Source: Eubacteriales bacterium (GTDB lineage: Bacteria; Bacillota; Clostridia; Oscillospirales; CAG-272). Taken from it: 64,000 nucleotides of DNA. Under the pieces are notes generated by a model that was not told where the DNA came from, made no database searches, and was given only the letters and a program-made list of their open reading frames with translations. The stretch lies in NCBI GenBank assembly GCA_045605765.1, contig JAZUQQ010000044.1:12466-76465 (forward strand), in the 5' to 3' direction. Shown here piece by piece: positions 41,121 through 50,435 of the stretch. Position 1 is the stretch's first letter. Every line of letters starts with the position of its first letter. A program made the translations under genes and the position numbers.

Positions 41121-41618
41121 ATGTCTCACGATCTCGTCGCCGAAAGGCGCGCTTTTCTCAAAAAACGCTTTATATCCAGTATAATTCAGCTTTCTGTGGT
41201 TTTCGCATGGACTCTCTACAACTGCATAGCCGAGATATTTTTCCCTGCCTCGGTTCTCCCGATATCCTTTTATCTTCCGCAGTTTGTCGTTGCCATAGCA
41301 AGCGCGGCGGTGGAAAACAGGGTGAAATTCATTCTTTTACTTATTCTCGCAGTTATAGTTTTGTTACTCCTCGCGGCGTGTCTGATAATGTCTCGAAGAA
41401 ATTATAGGCTTGTCGGACTGCTAAACATCGTCGTATCAATTGACATGATTTTACTTATTTATATCAGCCTACAAAGCCTTGCGGCAAAGAGCTTCAACCT
41501 TGCGTTTGTCGTTAATCTACTCGTCCATATATGGATGCTCGCGCTTGTGATACGGCTTCGCAGAGCCTCCGAGGGACTTGAAGTTTTGCCCGAACTCACC
41601 GAAAAAAACGAACAATGA
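41121..41618 (+). CDS. Hypothetical membrane protein
   Basis: Four hydrophobic segments, AAGGA RBS, terminator after stop. Confidence 0.75.
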   Translation: MSHDLVAERRAFLKKRFISSIIQLSVVFAWTLYNCIAEIFFPASVLPISFYLPQFVVAIASAAVENRVKFILLLILAVIVLLLLAACLIMSRRNYRLVGLLNIVVSIDMILLIYISLQSLAAKSFNLAFVVNLLVHIWMLALVIRLRRASEGLEVLPELTEKNEQ

Positions 41619-41654
41619 AAAGCGAGACGGATATCAAATTCCGCCTCGCTTTTT
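41618..41654. terminator. Bidirectional intrinsic terminator
   Basis: AAAAGCGAGaCGGA...TCCGcCTCGCTTTTT between convergent genes. Confidence 0.7.
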
Positions 41655-41692
41655 AATTAAAGTTTTTGAGGATCCAAAGTCAGAGTCCTTGG
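41651..41692. repeat. Partial REP/BIME-like repeat, copy H
   Basis: TAAAGTTTTTGAGG + CCAAAG-tcagagt-CCTTGG module abutting oadA stop. Confidence 0.6.
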
Positions 41693-43090
41693 TCAAACGC
41701 TGTGTATTTTACCATTCGGATCTGCGTTCTCGGTATCGAGGGCGAGCTGAGTTTCGCGGCGTTTTTCGAAGAACTTCTCTGCTACCTGCTCAAAGAGAGC
41801 ATAGGAAAGAACGTCCTCTTCCTGCTGGATATAATCCGAAGCCTTCTTTTTGAGGTTTTCAAGCTCGGGAGCAATATTGTCCGCAGGACGGCAGGTGATC
41901 GGCTCTTCATCACCGATGATCTGCTTTCTGAATTCGGGATCGATCTCCATCGGAGCCTGACCGTATTCGCCCTTGATAAGTCCCTTGAATTCCTTGGTTA
42001 CGTTCTTATAACGTCCTGCGATCACGTTGAACACTGCCTGTGTTCCGACGATCTGCGAGGAGGGAGTAACGAGTGGAGGATATCCCGCATCTGCACGGAC
42101 TCTCGGCACCTCTTCAAGCACCTCGGTGAGCTTATCGCTCTTTCCGAGATTTTTAAGCTGAGAAATGAGATTCGAGAGCATTCCGCCGGGAACCTGATAA
42201 AGAAGTGCGTTTACGTCAACTTTAAGAACCTTCGGGTTAAGAAGTCCGTTTTCAAGATACTTTTCACGAAGCGCTTCGAAATGCTTTCCGACGACGTTGA
42301 GCTTTTCAAGATCAAGTCCCGTATCGTAAGGCGTTCCCTGAAGAGCAGCTACGATCGGCTCTGTCGGAGGCTGAGATGTTCCGAGTGCGAGCGGAGAAAT
42401 TGCGGTATCGATAATATCACAGCCTGCCTCGATAGCTTTGAGAGCGGTCATCGATGCAAGACCTGCAGTATAGTGCGTGTGAAGCTCTACGGGGAGACTG
42501 GGGATCTCAGATTTGAGAGCCTTTACGAGCTCCTCTGCCGCGTAGGGTTTAAGAAGTCCTGCCATATCCTTGATACAGATCGAGTCAACGCCCATATCAA
42601 CGAGGCGCTTGGTGTAATCAACGAAATACTCGGTAGTATAGCAGGGACCTGTCGTATAGGAGAAAGCGACCTGAACGTGTCCCTTTTCCTTTTTGGTCGC
42701 GTTTATCGCGGTGCGAAGGTTACGCTCGTCGTTAAGAGCGTCGAATATACGAATGATGTCAATTCCGTTAGCTATCGATTTCTGAACGAAATACTCAACA
42801 ACATCGTCCGCATAGTGACGGTATCCGAGGATATTCTGTCCTCTGAAAAGCATTTGAAGCTTGGTATTCTTTACGTTCTCGCGGATCGTACGGAGTCGCT
42901 GCCACGGATCCTCGTTAAGGAAACGGAGGCAGGAGTCGAAGGTCGCGCCGCCCCACGCTTCAAGCGAATGGTATCCGACCTCGTCGAGAGCTTTCAGTAT
43001 GGGAAGCATCTCTTCGGTAGTCATACGGGTCGCAATAAGCGACTGATGCGAGTCACGCAGGACTGTTTCACAAATTTTTACTTTTGCCAT
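41693..43090 (-). CDS. oadA: Oxaloacetate decarboxylase alpha / pyruvate carboxyltransferase subunit (no fused biotin domain)
   Basis: LRDSHQSL, WGGATFD, QMLFRGQN, IKDMAG, HTH, VPGGM, LVTPSSQ. Confidence 0.9.
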   Translation of the reverse strand: MAKVKICETVLRDSHQSLIATRMTTEEMLPILKALDEVGYHSLEAWGGATFDSCLRFLNEDPWQRLRTIRENVKNTKLQMLFRGQNILGYRHYADDVVEYFVQKSIANGIDIIRIFDALNDERNLRTAINATKKEKGHVQVAFSYTTGPCYTTEYFVDYTKRLVDMGVDSICIKDMAGLLKPYAAEELVKALKSEIPSLPVELHTHYTAGLASMTALKAIEAGCDIIDTAISPLALGTSQPPTEPIVAALQGTPYDTGLDLEKLNVVGKHFEALREKYLENGLLNPKVLKVDVNALLYQVPGGMLSNLISQLKNLGKSDKLTEVLEEVPRVRADAGYPPLVTPSSQIVGTQAVFNVIAGRYKNVTKEFKGLIKGEYGQAPMEIDPEFRKQIIGDEEPITCRPADNIAPELENLKKKASDYIQQEEDVLSYALFEQVAEKFFEKRRETQLALDTENADPNGKIHSV

Positions 43091-43135
43091 TTTATATCTC
43101 ACTTTCCGATTCTGTGTTAAGAAATCTAAACTAAC

Positions 43136-44329
43136 TTATAATCTGAACATCGAGAGGAACACGCCTGCCGCAACCGCAGAGCCGATAACTCCCGCAACGT
43201 TCGGTCCCATCGCGTGCATGAGCAGGAAGTTCGAGGGATCTTCCTTCTGTCCTTCGATCTGTGCAACGCGTGCCGCCATAGGAACTGCCGAAACGCCTGC
43301 CGAGCCGATAAGAGGATTGATCTTTCCGCCCGAGAGAACGTTCATTATCTTTGCGGTGATAAGTCCGCCGCAGGTTGAAATAGCAAAAGCTACGAGTCCA
43401 AGACAGATTATCAGGATCGTTTCAAAGCGCAGGAAGTTTTCCGCACTTGCCGTCGCGCCTACGCTGATACCGAGACAGATGGTAACGATGTTCATAAGCT
43501 CGTTTTGCGCGGTCTTGGAAAGACGGTCTGTAACTCCGCATACGTTAAGTATGTTACCGAACATAAGACATCCGATAAGTGCAAGTGCATCCGGAACGAT
43601 AAGTCCGACGACGACCGTAACTATTATCGGGAAGAGGATCTTCTCGGCGAAGGATACCGGACGGAGTGTGGTCATTCTGATCTTACGCTCTTTTTTGGTC
43701 GTCAGAAGCTTCATTATCGGAGGCTGGATCATCGGGATAAGCGCCATATAGCTATACGCCGCGATCGCGATAGCCCCGAGAAGCTGTGGGGCAAGAGTTT
43801 TTGTGACGAGTATTGCCGTAGGTCCGTCCGCACCGCCTATAATACCGATAGATGCCGCCTCGGAGAGCGAAAACGTACCCGAAATGATCGCGCCCGCAAA
43901 GGCAACGAAAACTCCGAACTGTGCGCCTGCTCCCATAAGCAAGCTCTTAGGATTTGCAATAAGCGGCGAGAAGTCGGTCATCGCGCCTATTCCTATAAAG
44001 ATTATACAGGGGTAGATACCGAGCTTAACGCCCATATACAGAAGGTCGAGAAATCCGCCTTCATTTACTACCATTCTGATAGACTCGGAAACCTTAATGC
44101 TACTATCCATCCACATTTCAAGGTGGAAAAGACCTGCGCCCGGAAGGTTAGTAAGAAGCATTCCGATAGCTATCGGGAGCAGGAGAAGCGGCTCGTATTT
44201 CTTGACTATTGCAAGATATATAAGTACGAAGGAAATCGCAAGCATTACAAGCGTTTTCCACCAGCCGTCCGTTCCCATAAGCTGAGAAATGCCCGTAGTT
44301 TCCAAGAATTTTAAAATACTATCAAGCAT
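43136..44329 (-). CDS. oadB: Na+-translocating decarboxylase beta subunit
   Basis: EPLLLLPI, IGIIGGADGPTA, AYSYMAL, GVSAVPMAARV, HAMGPNVAGV. Confidence 0.95.
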   Translation of the reverse strand: MLDSILKFLETTGISQLMGTDGWWKTLVMLAISFVLIYLAIVKKYEPLLLLPIAIGMLLTNLPGAGLFHLEMWMDSSIKVSESIRMVVNEGGFLDLLYMGVKLGIYPCIIFIGIGAMTDFSPLIANPKSLLMGAGAQFGVFVAFAGAIISGTFSLSEAASIGIIGGADGPTAILVTKTLAPQLLGAIAIAAYSYMALIPMIQPPIMKLLTTKKERKIRMTTLRPVSFAEKILFPIIVTVVVGLIVPDALALIGCLMFGNILNVCGVTDRLSKTAQNELMNIVTICLGISVGATASAENFLRFETILIICLGLVAFAISTCGGLITAKIMNVLSGGKINPLIGSAGVSAVPMAARVAQIEGQKEDPSNFLLMHAMGPNVAGVIGSAVAAGVFLSMFRL

Positions 44330-44371
44330 ATTTATAAAGTCCTTTCGTTAAACTGCAAAGCAAGACTTTTC

Positions 44372-44773
44372 TCAGGCGATGGTGAGAAGAAGGTCGTCGG
44401 TATTTACCGAGTCCCCGCCCTTTACGATGACAGAAGCAACCGTTCCGTCGCAGGGAGCGCAGATGTCGCTCTCCATCTTCATAGCCTCGATAACGCAGAC
44501 TACGTCGCCGTTTTTAACTGCCTGACCTGCGGAGACCTTTACCTTAACGATGGTTCCGGGCATCGGAGCTTTGACGGGAGTTCCGTTTGCAGGTGCCGCT
44601 GCGGGTGCAGGTGCCGCTGCGGGTGCAGGAGCTGCTGCGGGTGCAGGAGCTGCTGCGACTGCGGGAGCTGCCACCACTGCGGGTGTTGCAACGGGCGCAG
44701 AAGCGTATGTGCCGAGCTCCTCAACTTCAACTTCATATACTTTACCGTTTACAGTAACGCTGAATTTTCTCAT
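44372..44773 (-). CDS. Biotin carboxyl carrier protein
   Basis: Ala/Pro linker, APMPG, EAMKME biotinylation motif. Confidence 0.95.
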   Translation of the reverse strand: MRKFSVTVNGKVYEVEVEELGTYASAPVATPAVVAAPAVAAAPAPAAAPAPAAAPAPAAAPANGTPVKAPMPGTIVKVKVSAGQAVKNGDVVCVIEAMKMESDICAPCDGTVASVIVKGGDSVNTDDLLLTIA

Positions 44774-44806
44774 TATATTAAACCTTCTCTTTCTGAAATT
44801 TAGTTT

Positions 44807-45217
44807 TTACTTGGAATTGTTTCTGCGGAACGCCTCGCGCGAGGTCTGTCTGAAAGAAACTACGCGGAACGCGCTCTGAGGCTTATCTAACATAACCGAT
44901 ATTGCCGCTGTTATTGCCGCAACGATCTCCTCGTCGTCCGACACAGGTGCCACGGGTGCGGCTACGGGCGCAGGAGCTGCCTGTACCGTCGGTACCGCAG
45001 GAGCAGAGGTCGCTTTACTTTCCGACACATCTCTCGAAAGGAGCTTTCCTGCTATTGCAAGAACGATCCAGAGTACCGCCAGAACCGCAAAGATCGCCGC
45101 CATTCCGAGGAGCAGTGTCTGTCCTGCCACGAGAAGTCTGTCGCCCATATTTTCAATAGGGGTAGTAACGTCCTCTTTGGTCAGGTTAGACAGGTCTATG
45201 AGTACGGGAATATTCAT
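44807..45217 (-). CDS. oadG: OadG/MmdD-family decarboxylase membrane subunit
   Basis: GM..IF.VL..L TM segment, Ala/Pro linker, EIVAAITAAI. Confidence 0.85.
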   Translation of the reverse strand: MNIPVLIDLSNLTKEDVTTPIENMGDRLLVAGQTLLLGMAAIFAVLAVLWIVLAIAGKLLSRDVSESKATSAPAVPTVQAAPAPVAAPVAPVSDDEEIVAAITAAISVMLDKPQSAFRVVSFRQTSREAFRRNNSK

Positions 45218-45268
45218 ATCCTAATTTACCCTTTCTTTTTATCTTGTCTTGTCCGAGTATAAATAAAC

Positions 45269-46633
45269 TCAGAAAGGAAGCTTGGAGTGCTTCTTTGCAG
45301 GATTTCCTGCGATCTTCGCAAAAAGCATTTCGACTGCCGAAATAATTCTTGCCCTGGCTTCGCTGTAAGCTATAATGTCGTCTATAGCTCCGAGTGCCGC
45401 CGCCTTTTCGGGGGACGCCTTGCCGCTCTTCCATTCACTAACAAGCTCTGCTCTCTTTGCCGCGCCGTCCTCGGCTTCCTTGATCTCATCACCGTAGAAG
45501 AACTGGACAGAAGCCTCGGGAGAAAGAACGCTTATTTCCGCCTTGGGAGCTGCATAAACGATGTCCGCTCCGAGTGCCTTTGCACCAACGAGCGTAAAGG
45601 AGGCGCCGTAAGCCTTGCCGAGTATATAGGTGATTTTGGGGCAGGAAGCTCCTGCATATGCAGACGCGAGCTTTGCAAGCTCTCCTGCAAGTCCCGCGTC
45701 GCCCGACTCGTGGTCTGCACCGCAGCTGTCAACGATAGTGATTATAGGCATAGAGAAATTATCACAGAAGGAAATAAAGGGCGCGATCTTCTTTGCCTCA
45801 CGAGCACCGAGCGCTCCGCCGAGTCCGCAAATACCGACCGTTATCTGTCCGAGAGATGCGATAGCGGTAAGAGCTTTCGGAGCGAAATCTCCTTTAAGCT
45901 CGGTGTAATGACCGTTATCTGCGATCATTGCCGCCGCTTCTCTTACATCCTTTGCATTTTCAAGCTCTGCCGTCGCTCTGCAAGAGTCGTCATTTGCCTC
46001 TGCATAAGCGTAGCCCTGAGCAGAGTTCTGAGGAAGCACCGAAGCCATCTCGCGAGCTTTTGCAAGAGATGCTTCCTTGCTATCGCAGAGAACGTCGATG
46101 TTTCCGTTTGCGAAAGCGTAAGCCGCGCTTCCCGCGTCTGCGATGCCGTTTGCCTTGGCAACGCTCGGAGGAGTAATATAAAGCTTAGACTCAGTATCTG
46201 CGATAACTATATCGAACATAGCCGCCGCAGTTGCTGAAAGTCCCGCGCAGGTCTGATCTATGACCGCAATCTGAGGAATAACTCCCGAAGCCGCGTTTAT
46301 TTTGGAAAGAAGCTTTCCGTAAGCCGCAAGAACTGCGCTTCCCTCGTTTACTCTGACTCCTGCACTGCTGAAAACTCCGATAACAGGAGCGCCGTTGGCT
46401 ATTGCCATATCATACAGAGCGCAGATCTTCTCTGCCTGTGCTCTTCCGAGAGCTCCCTTTTCGACCGAAAAGTCCTGCGCGAACGCAAAGACAAGCGCTC
46501 CGTTGACAGCGCCGTAACCACATGTAGCGCCCGATGCCTTCGCATCGTCGTTTCCTACCGTGATATAGGCTCCGGTCTCAACGAACGTGCCTTCGTCGAA
46601 GAGCAGGGATATACTTTTGCTGGTATTATTCAT
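45269..46633 (-). CDS. Acyl-CoA carboxyltransferase (MmdA/PccB-like), divergent
   Basis: LFDEGTFVE, GYGAVNG, QDFSVEKGALG, SGVIPQI, FCDNFSMP, KKHSKLP; several signature motifs altered. Confidence 0.85.
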   Translation of the reverse strand: MNNTSKSISLLFDEGTFVETGAYITVGNDDAKASGATCGYGAVNGALVFAFAQDFSVEKGALGRAQAEKICALYDMAIANGAPVIGVFSSAGVRVNEGSAVLAAYGKLLSKINAASGVIPQIAVIDQTCAGLSATAAAMFDIVIADTESKLYITPPSVAKANGIADAGSAAYAFANGNIDVLCDSKEASLAKAREMASVLPQNSAQGYAYAEANDDSCRATAELENAKDVREAAAMIADNGHYTELKGDFAPKALTAIASLGQITVGICGLGGALGAREAKKIAPFISFCDNFSMPIITIVDSCGADHESGDAGLAGELAKLASAYAGASCPKITYILGKAYGASFTLVGAKALGADIVYAAPKAEISVLSPEASVQFFYGDEIKEAEDGAAKRAELVSEWKSGKASPEKAAALGAIDDIIAYSEARARIISAVEMLFAKIAGNPAKKHSKLPF

Positions 46634-46968
46634 ATAACTGAACCACCTTGCCGTTCACTTTACCGTGAACAAGACCCTTTCTCACTTTTTCTTTGAACGT
46701 TTCGTTCTTTTTTACTTTTTTCTACAAGGAAATCTCTTCCCTGCCGTTTAAACGGGAGCGCGCGTTTGAAAACCCACATCTTTCCCCATTCTAAATTTGA
46801 TTATATCATATTTTTACGAAAATTCAAGTGGGATTTCAGAATTTCTTTGCTTTTTCGTTACTTTTTTATCAAAGAGGAAAATTTATCCGACGGTGCTTGA
46901 AAAATCGTCCGAAAGGTTATATAATGATCGATGTCATTATATAGTCATTAAATAAGGGAGAATAATTT

Positions 46969-47487
46969 ATGAAAAACGTACTTCTTGTAATCGATATGCA
47001 AAACGATTTTATCGACGGTTCACTCGGAACAAAGGAAGCCGTCGCGATAGTTGACAAGGTCAAAATCAAAATAAAAGACTTTGACGGCGAGGTCATTTTC
47101 ACGCGCGACACTCACGAGACAAATTATATGCAGACTCTCGAAGGCAAAAATCTGCCTGTCGAGCACTGTATCCGCGGCAGTAAGGGCTGGGAGATCCGCG
47201 CAGAGCTTGAAGAGCTCAGAAAAACTCCCGTTATAGACAAGCCGACATTCGGCTCGACCGCACTTGCCGATATGCTCGTGCAGATGCACTCGCGCGAGGG
47301 CATAGGCGAGATCACACTTGTCGGTCTGTGCACAGATATATGCGTAATATCGAACGCGCTTCTTATCAAAGCTTCTTTGCCCGAAGTAAATATAAAAGTA
47401 GACTCCGCCTGCTGTGCAGGAGTTACTCCCGAAAGCCACAAAAACGCACTTTCTGCCATGAAAATGTGTCAGATAGAGGTCTTTTGA
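46969..47487 (+). CDS. Isochorismatase-family cysteine hydrolase (nicotinamidase-like)
   Basis: IDMQNDF, DTH, HC, K, GLCTDICV. Confidence 0.9.
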   Translation: MKNVLLVIDMQNDFIDGSLGTKEAVAIVDKVKIKIKDFDGEVIFTRDTHETNYMQTLEGKNLPVEHCIRGSKGWEIRAELEELRKTPVIDKPTFGSTALADMLVQMHSREGIGEITLVGLCTDICVISNALLIKASLPEVNIKVDSACCAGVTPESHKNALSAMKMCQIEVF

Positions 47488-47622
47488 CATAAAAGTCTGT
47501 TATTTTACAAATAAAATTACTAATAATGCCCGTTTGCCCTTGACAAAGCAGGAGAAATGTAGTATTATTAAGGATAATTGTTGCTTCACCTTGGTAAAGC
47601 ATTAAAAGAAAGGAAAAATATT

Positions 47623-48453
47623 ATGAAACGCATAACAACACTTTTTCTCGCACTTATTATGTCTCTTAGCTGTATGCTTGGATTTTCGTCCTGCAACACC
47701 ACTGAAAAATCCGATTGGGAGATTATTAAAGAAAGAGGATATTTCACCTGCGGAATAACCGTTTACGCTCCTATGAATTATTTCGACAATGACGATAACC
47801 TCACCGGCTTTGACACAGAATTTGCCGAAGCAGTTGCAGAACATCTCGGCGTTGAGGCTAAATTCCAGATCATCAAGTGGCCGAACAAATATCTCGAGCT
47901 CAACAGCGGCGCTATCGACCTTATCTGGAACGGATTTACCTACGGTCTTGAATCGGACGGCGTTTCACGTACCGAATACGTTGATTTCACCTATTCCTAT
48001 CTTGAAAACCGTCAGTGCGTCATCACCAAGACCAGTGCGCTCGAAACTCTGAAGACCAAAGCAGACTTTGCAGGCAAGCGCGGCGTTGCTGAGGGCGGTT
48101 CCTCGGGACAGGGCGTTGCAGAAGAGCTCGCAGGAAGCGCGGACAAGGTGACCACCTTCGATTCTCAGGTATCTGCTCTTATGGAGCTTATCTCGGGCAC
48201 GGCTGACTTCGCAGTCATTGACTATCAGATGGCTCGCGCTATGGTTGGTAAGGGCGACTACGATTCCCTTTCGATAAATAGTGCCTTTGAGCCCGAGAGC
48301 GAGGTTTACGCTATCGGTTGCCGCAAGGGCAGTGACCTCACCGCAAAGATCAACGAGGCTATCCTTGCACTTTCCGAGAACGGCACTCTTGCAGCTCTTG
48401 CAGAAAAATACGGCCTTACGAACGATCTTATTTCTGACATCGGTAACAAATAA
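47623..48453 (+). CDS. Polar amino-acid ABC transporter substrate-binding lipoprotein
   Basis: Lipobox FSSC, GFDTE, ELNSGAIDLIWNG; TTGACA-17-TATTAT promoter at 47540-47568. Confidence 0.92.
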   Translation: MKRITTLFLALIMSLSCMLGFSSCNTTEKSDWEIIKERGYFTCGITVYAPMNYFDNDDNLTGFDTEFAEAVAEHLGVEAKFQIIKWPNKYLELNSGAIDLIWNGFTYGLESDGVSRTEYVDFTYSYLENRQCVITKTSALETLKTKADFAGKRGVAEGGSSGQGVAEELAGSADKVTTFDSQVSALMELISGTADFAVIDYQMARAMVGKGDYDSLSINSAFEPESEVYAIGCRKGSDLTAKINEAILALSENGTLAALAEKYGLTNDLISDIGNK

Positions 48454-49112
48454 TGGGCTTTTGGCAAGTAACCGAGAAGCTTTTTGAGGGCTTTGAAACT
48501 ACCTGCCTGCTGTTTATCCTCACACTCGTTCTTTCACTTCCCCTCGGGCTTGTTATAGCCTTTGGCTCAATGTCGAAGTTCAAACCGCTCGCATGGCTTA
48601 GCAGAACCGTGGTCTGGATAATACGCGGAACCCCTCTTATGCTTCAATTATTCGTAGTCTTTTACGTTCCCGGAATGCTTTTCAACATTCAACTCTTCAC
48701 GGGTGACAACGGCAGATTTACGGCAGCACTCGTGGCGTTCGTCATAAACTACGCCTGCTATTTCTCGGAGATCTACCGAGGCGGGATCGAAAGTATCCCT
48801 AAAGGACAGTACGAGGCGGCGCAGGTGCTCGGCATGACTGCAAAGGAAACCTTCTTCACGGTCGTGCTTATCCAGGTCATAAAAAGAATTCTCGCTCCTA
48901 TGAGCAACGAGGTGATAACTCTCGTAAAGGATACCTCTCTTGCGCGCGCCATCTCGGTCGCAGAGATCTTCTTCGTAAACGAAATGGACCTTATCTCCAA
49001 GGGACTCGTATGGCCGATGTTCTACATAGCGGTATTCTTCCTCATATTCGTAGGAGGTCTTACCGTTCTCTTCCGCTTCCTTGAAAAGAAGCTTGACTAT
49101 TACAAGGTTTAA
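48453..49112 (+). CDS. Polar amino-acid ABC transporter permease
   Basis: [32 protein letters not shown]. Confidence 0.95.
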   Translation: MGFWQVTEKLFEGFETTCLLFILTLVLSLPLGLVIAFGSMSKFKPLAWLSRTVVWIIRGTPLMLQLFVVFYVPGMLFNIQLFTGDNGRFTAALVAFVINYACYFSEIYRGGIESIPKGQYEAAQVLGMTAKETFFTVVLIQVIKRILAPMSNEVITLVKDTSLARAISVAEIFFVNEMDLISKGLVWPMFYIAVFFLIFVGGLTVLFRFLEKKLDYYKV

Positions 49113-49126
49113 GGAGGAAGAGGACA

Positions 49127-49930
49127 ATGGCTTTTCTTGAAATAAAAAAATTAAAAAAGCAATTCGGAAGCACAAGAGTCCTGCACGGCATCGACTTTTC
49201 AATGGAAAAGGGCGAGGTCGTCGCGGTGATCGGATCGTCAGGTGGCGGAAAGACCACCTTCCTGCGGTGTCTCAACTTTCTCGAAATGGCAAACGAGGGA
49301 ACGATAGAGATAAAAGACGGCTTTTTCTTCGATGCGACAAAATCTTACAACTCGGCAGAAATCAGAAATATGCGCCTCAAGCTCGGGCTCGTATTTCAGT
49401 CGTTTAATCTTTTCCCGCAGTACACCGCACTTGAAAACGTGTATCTCCCCTTACAGCTGCGCACGAAGGAATATATTCGCGCCACTCTCCCCTTCGGAAA
49501 GCGACGCCCTGCTATACAGAAGGCGCTTGCCGAAAACAAAGAGAGAGCAAGCGAGCTTCTTTGCAGTGTCGGACTTGCCGACAAGATGTCGAACTATCCC
49601 TGTCAGCTCTCGGGCGGTCAACAACAGAGAGTTGCAATAGCGAGAGCGCTTGCGCAGGAGCCTGCGGTACTCTGCTTCGACGAGCCCACCTCTGCACTCG
49701 ACCCAGAACTTACGGGCGAGGTTTTGAGAGTTATAAAAGAGCTCAAAGAGCAAGGCAGAACGATGCTCGTCGTAACTCACGAAATGGAGTTTGCGAGAAA
49801 TGTGGCCGACCGCGTGGTCTTCTTTGCGGATGGACTTATCGAAGAATCGGGAACGCCCGAGGAAATATTCGGAAGCCCCAAATCCCCTAAAACTGCGGCG
49901 TTTTTACATCATTCGCTCAACAATAATTAA
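49127..49930 (+). CDS. Polar amino-acid ABC transporter ATP-binding protein
   Basis: [27 protein letters not shown]. Confidence 0.95.
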   Translation: MAFLEIKKLKKQFGSTRVLHGIDFSMEKGEVVAVIGSSGGGKTTFLRCLNFLEMANEGTIEIKDGFFFDATKSYNSAEIRNMRLKLGLVFQSFNLFPQYTALENVYLPLQLRTKEYIRATLPFGKRRPAIQKALAENKERASELLCSVGLADKMSNYPCQLSGGQQQRVAIARALAQEPAVLCFDEPTSALDPELTGEVLRVIKELKEQGRTMLVVTHEMEFARNVADRVVFFADGLIEESGTPEEIFGSPKSPKTAAFLHHSLNNN

Positions 49931-49949
49931 GACAAACTCATCTGCGGTA

Positions 49950-50097
49950 TGGTATGCACCCCAAAAGTTAGCCACTTTTGGAGGTGCATATTTTCATGTC
50001 AAAAAAATCCCAGATATTTAAAACTTACTCGACAGAATTTAAAATAGGTGTTATAACGGATATGCGTAACAACCATTTATCTCATATTCGGGCATGA
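49950..50097 (+). mobile_element. IS3/IS150-like insertion sequence left-end remnant
   Basis: 5'-TG end with TATGCACC-CCAAAAGT...ACTTTTGG-a-GGTGCATA hairpin, then 33-aa MSKKSQIFKTYSTEFKIGVITDMRNNHLS resembling an OrfA N-terminus (YS.EFK..V); truncated. Confidence 0.65.
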
Positions 50098-50113
50098 TCC
50101 TTCTCCTTTAAAT

Positions 50114-50294
50114 AAAAAAGTGCGTCCCGAGAGGCGCACCGAAAAATGCACTCTTAGTGTTGCGACGCTCTTTCCCACAAAAGAGAATTAAGAGAATACA
50201 TTTTTACCAAAATTAGTATTCTCGTTTTGTGGGCCAATAATATTCAGTTGTGCATCGTAAATATAATATAACAAATTTTTTTCAGATTTGTCAA
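50114..50294 (-). promoter_or_regulatory. Promoter plus structured leader with terminator (riboswitch-like, family unassigned)
   Basis: TTGACA (50294-50289) and TGtTATATT -10; nested stems CGATGC/GCGTCG, CCCACAAAA/TTTTGTGGG, GAGAATAC/GTATTCTC; terminator GTGCGcC-tctcg-GGaCGCAC-T6; then AAAGGAG RBS. Confidence 0.6.
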
Positions 50295-50435
50295 TCGACC
50301 TTGCATTTTTATAATGCAAATTCATCTGAACATTTTAGGCTTCCCCTTGTTTTCATACCAAAAGCGCGGATTTTATTGACATATTGGGAAAACTATTGTA
50401 TAATCTAAATACTATTTATTTCAAGGAGAAAACTA

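Noticed and set aside
41666-43120. 484-aa ORF antisense to oadA, and similar long antisense ORFs over argF, the his genes, carB and the CT gene
   Set aside because: Shadow frames of well-conserved genes produced by codon bias; no motifs or RBS
44589-44660. 18-bp tandem repeats
   Set aside because: Encode the ordinary Ala/Pro linker of the biotin carrier protein
46634-46800. Possible Na+ riboswitch upstream of the decarboxylase cluster
   Set aside because: Only short hairpins; I could not recognise a riboswitch consensus
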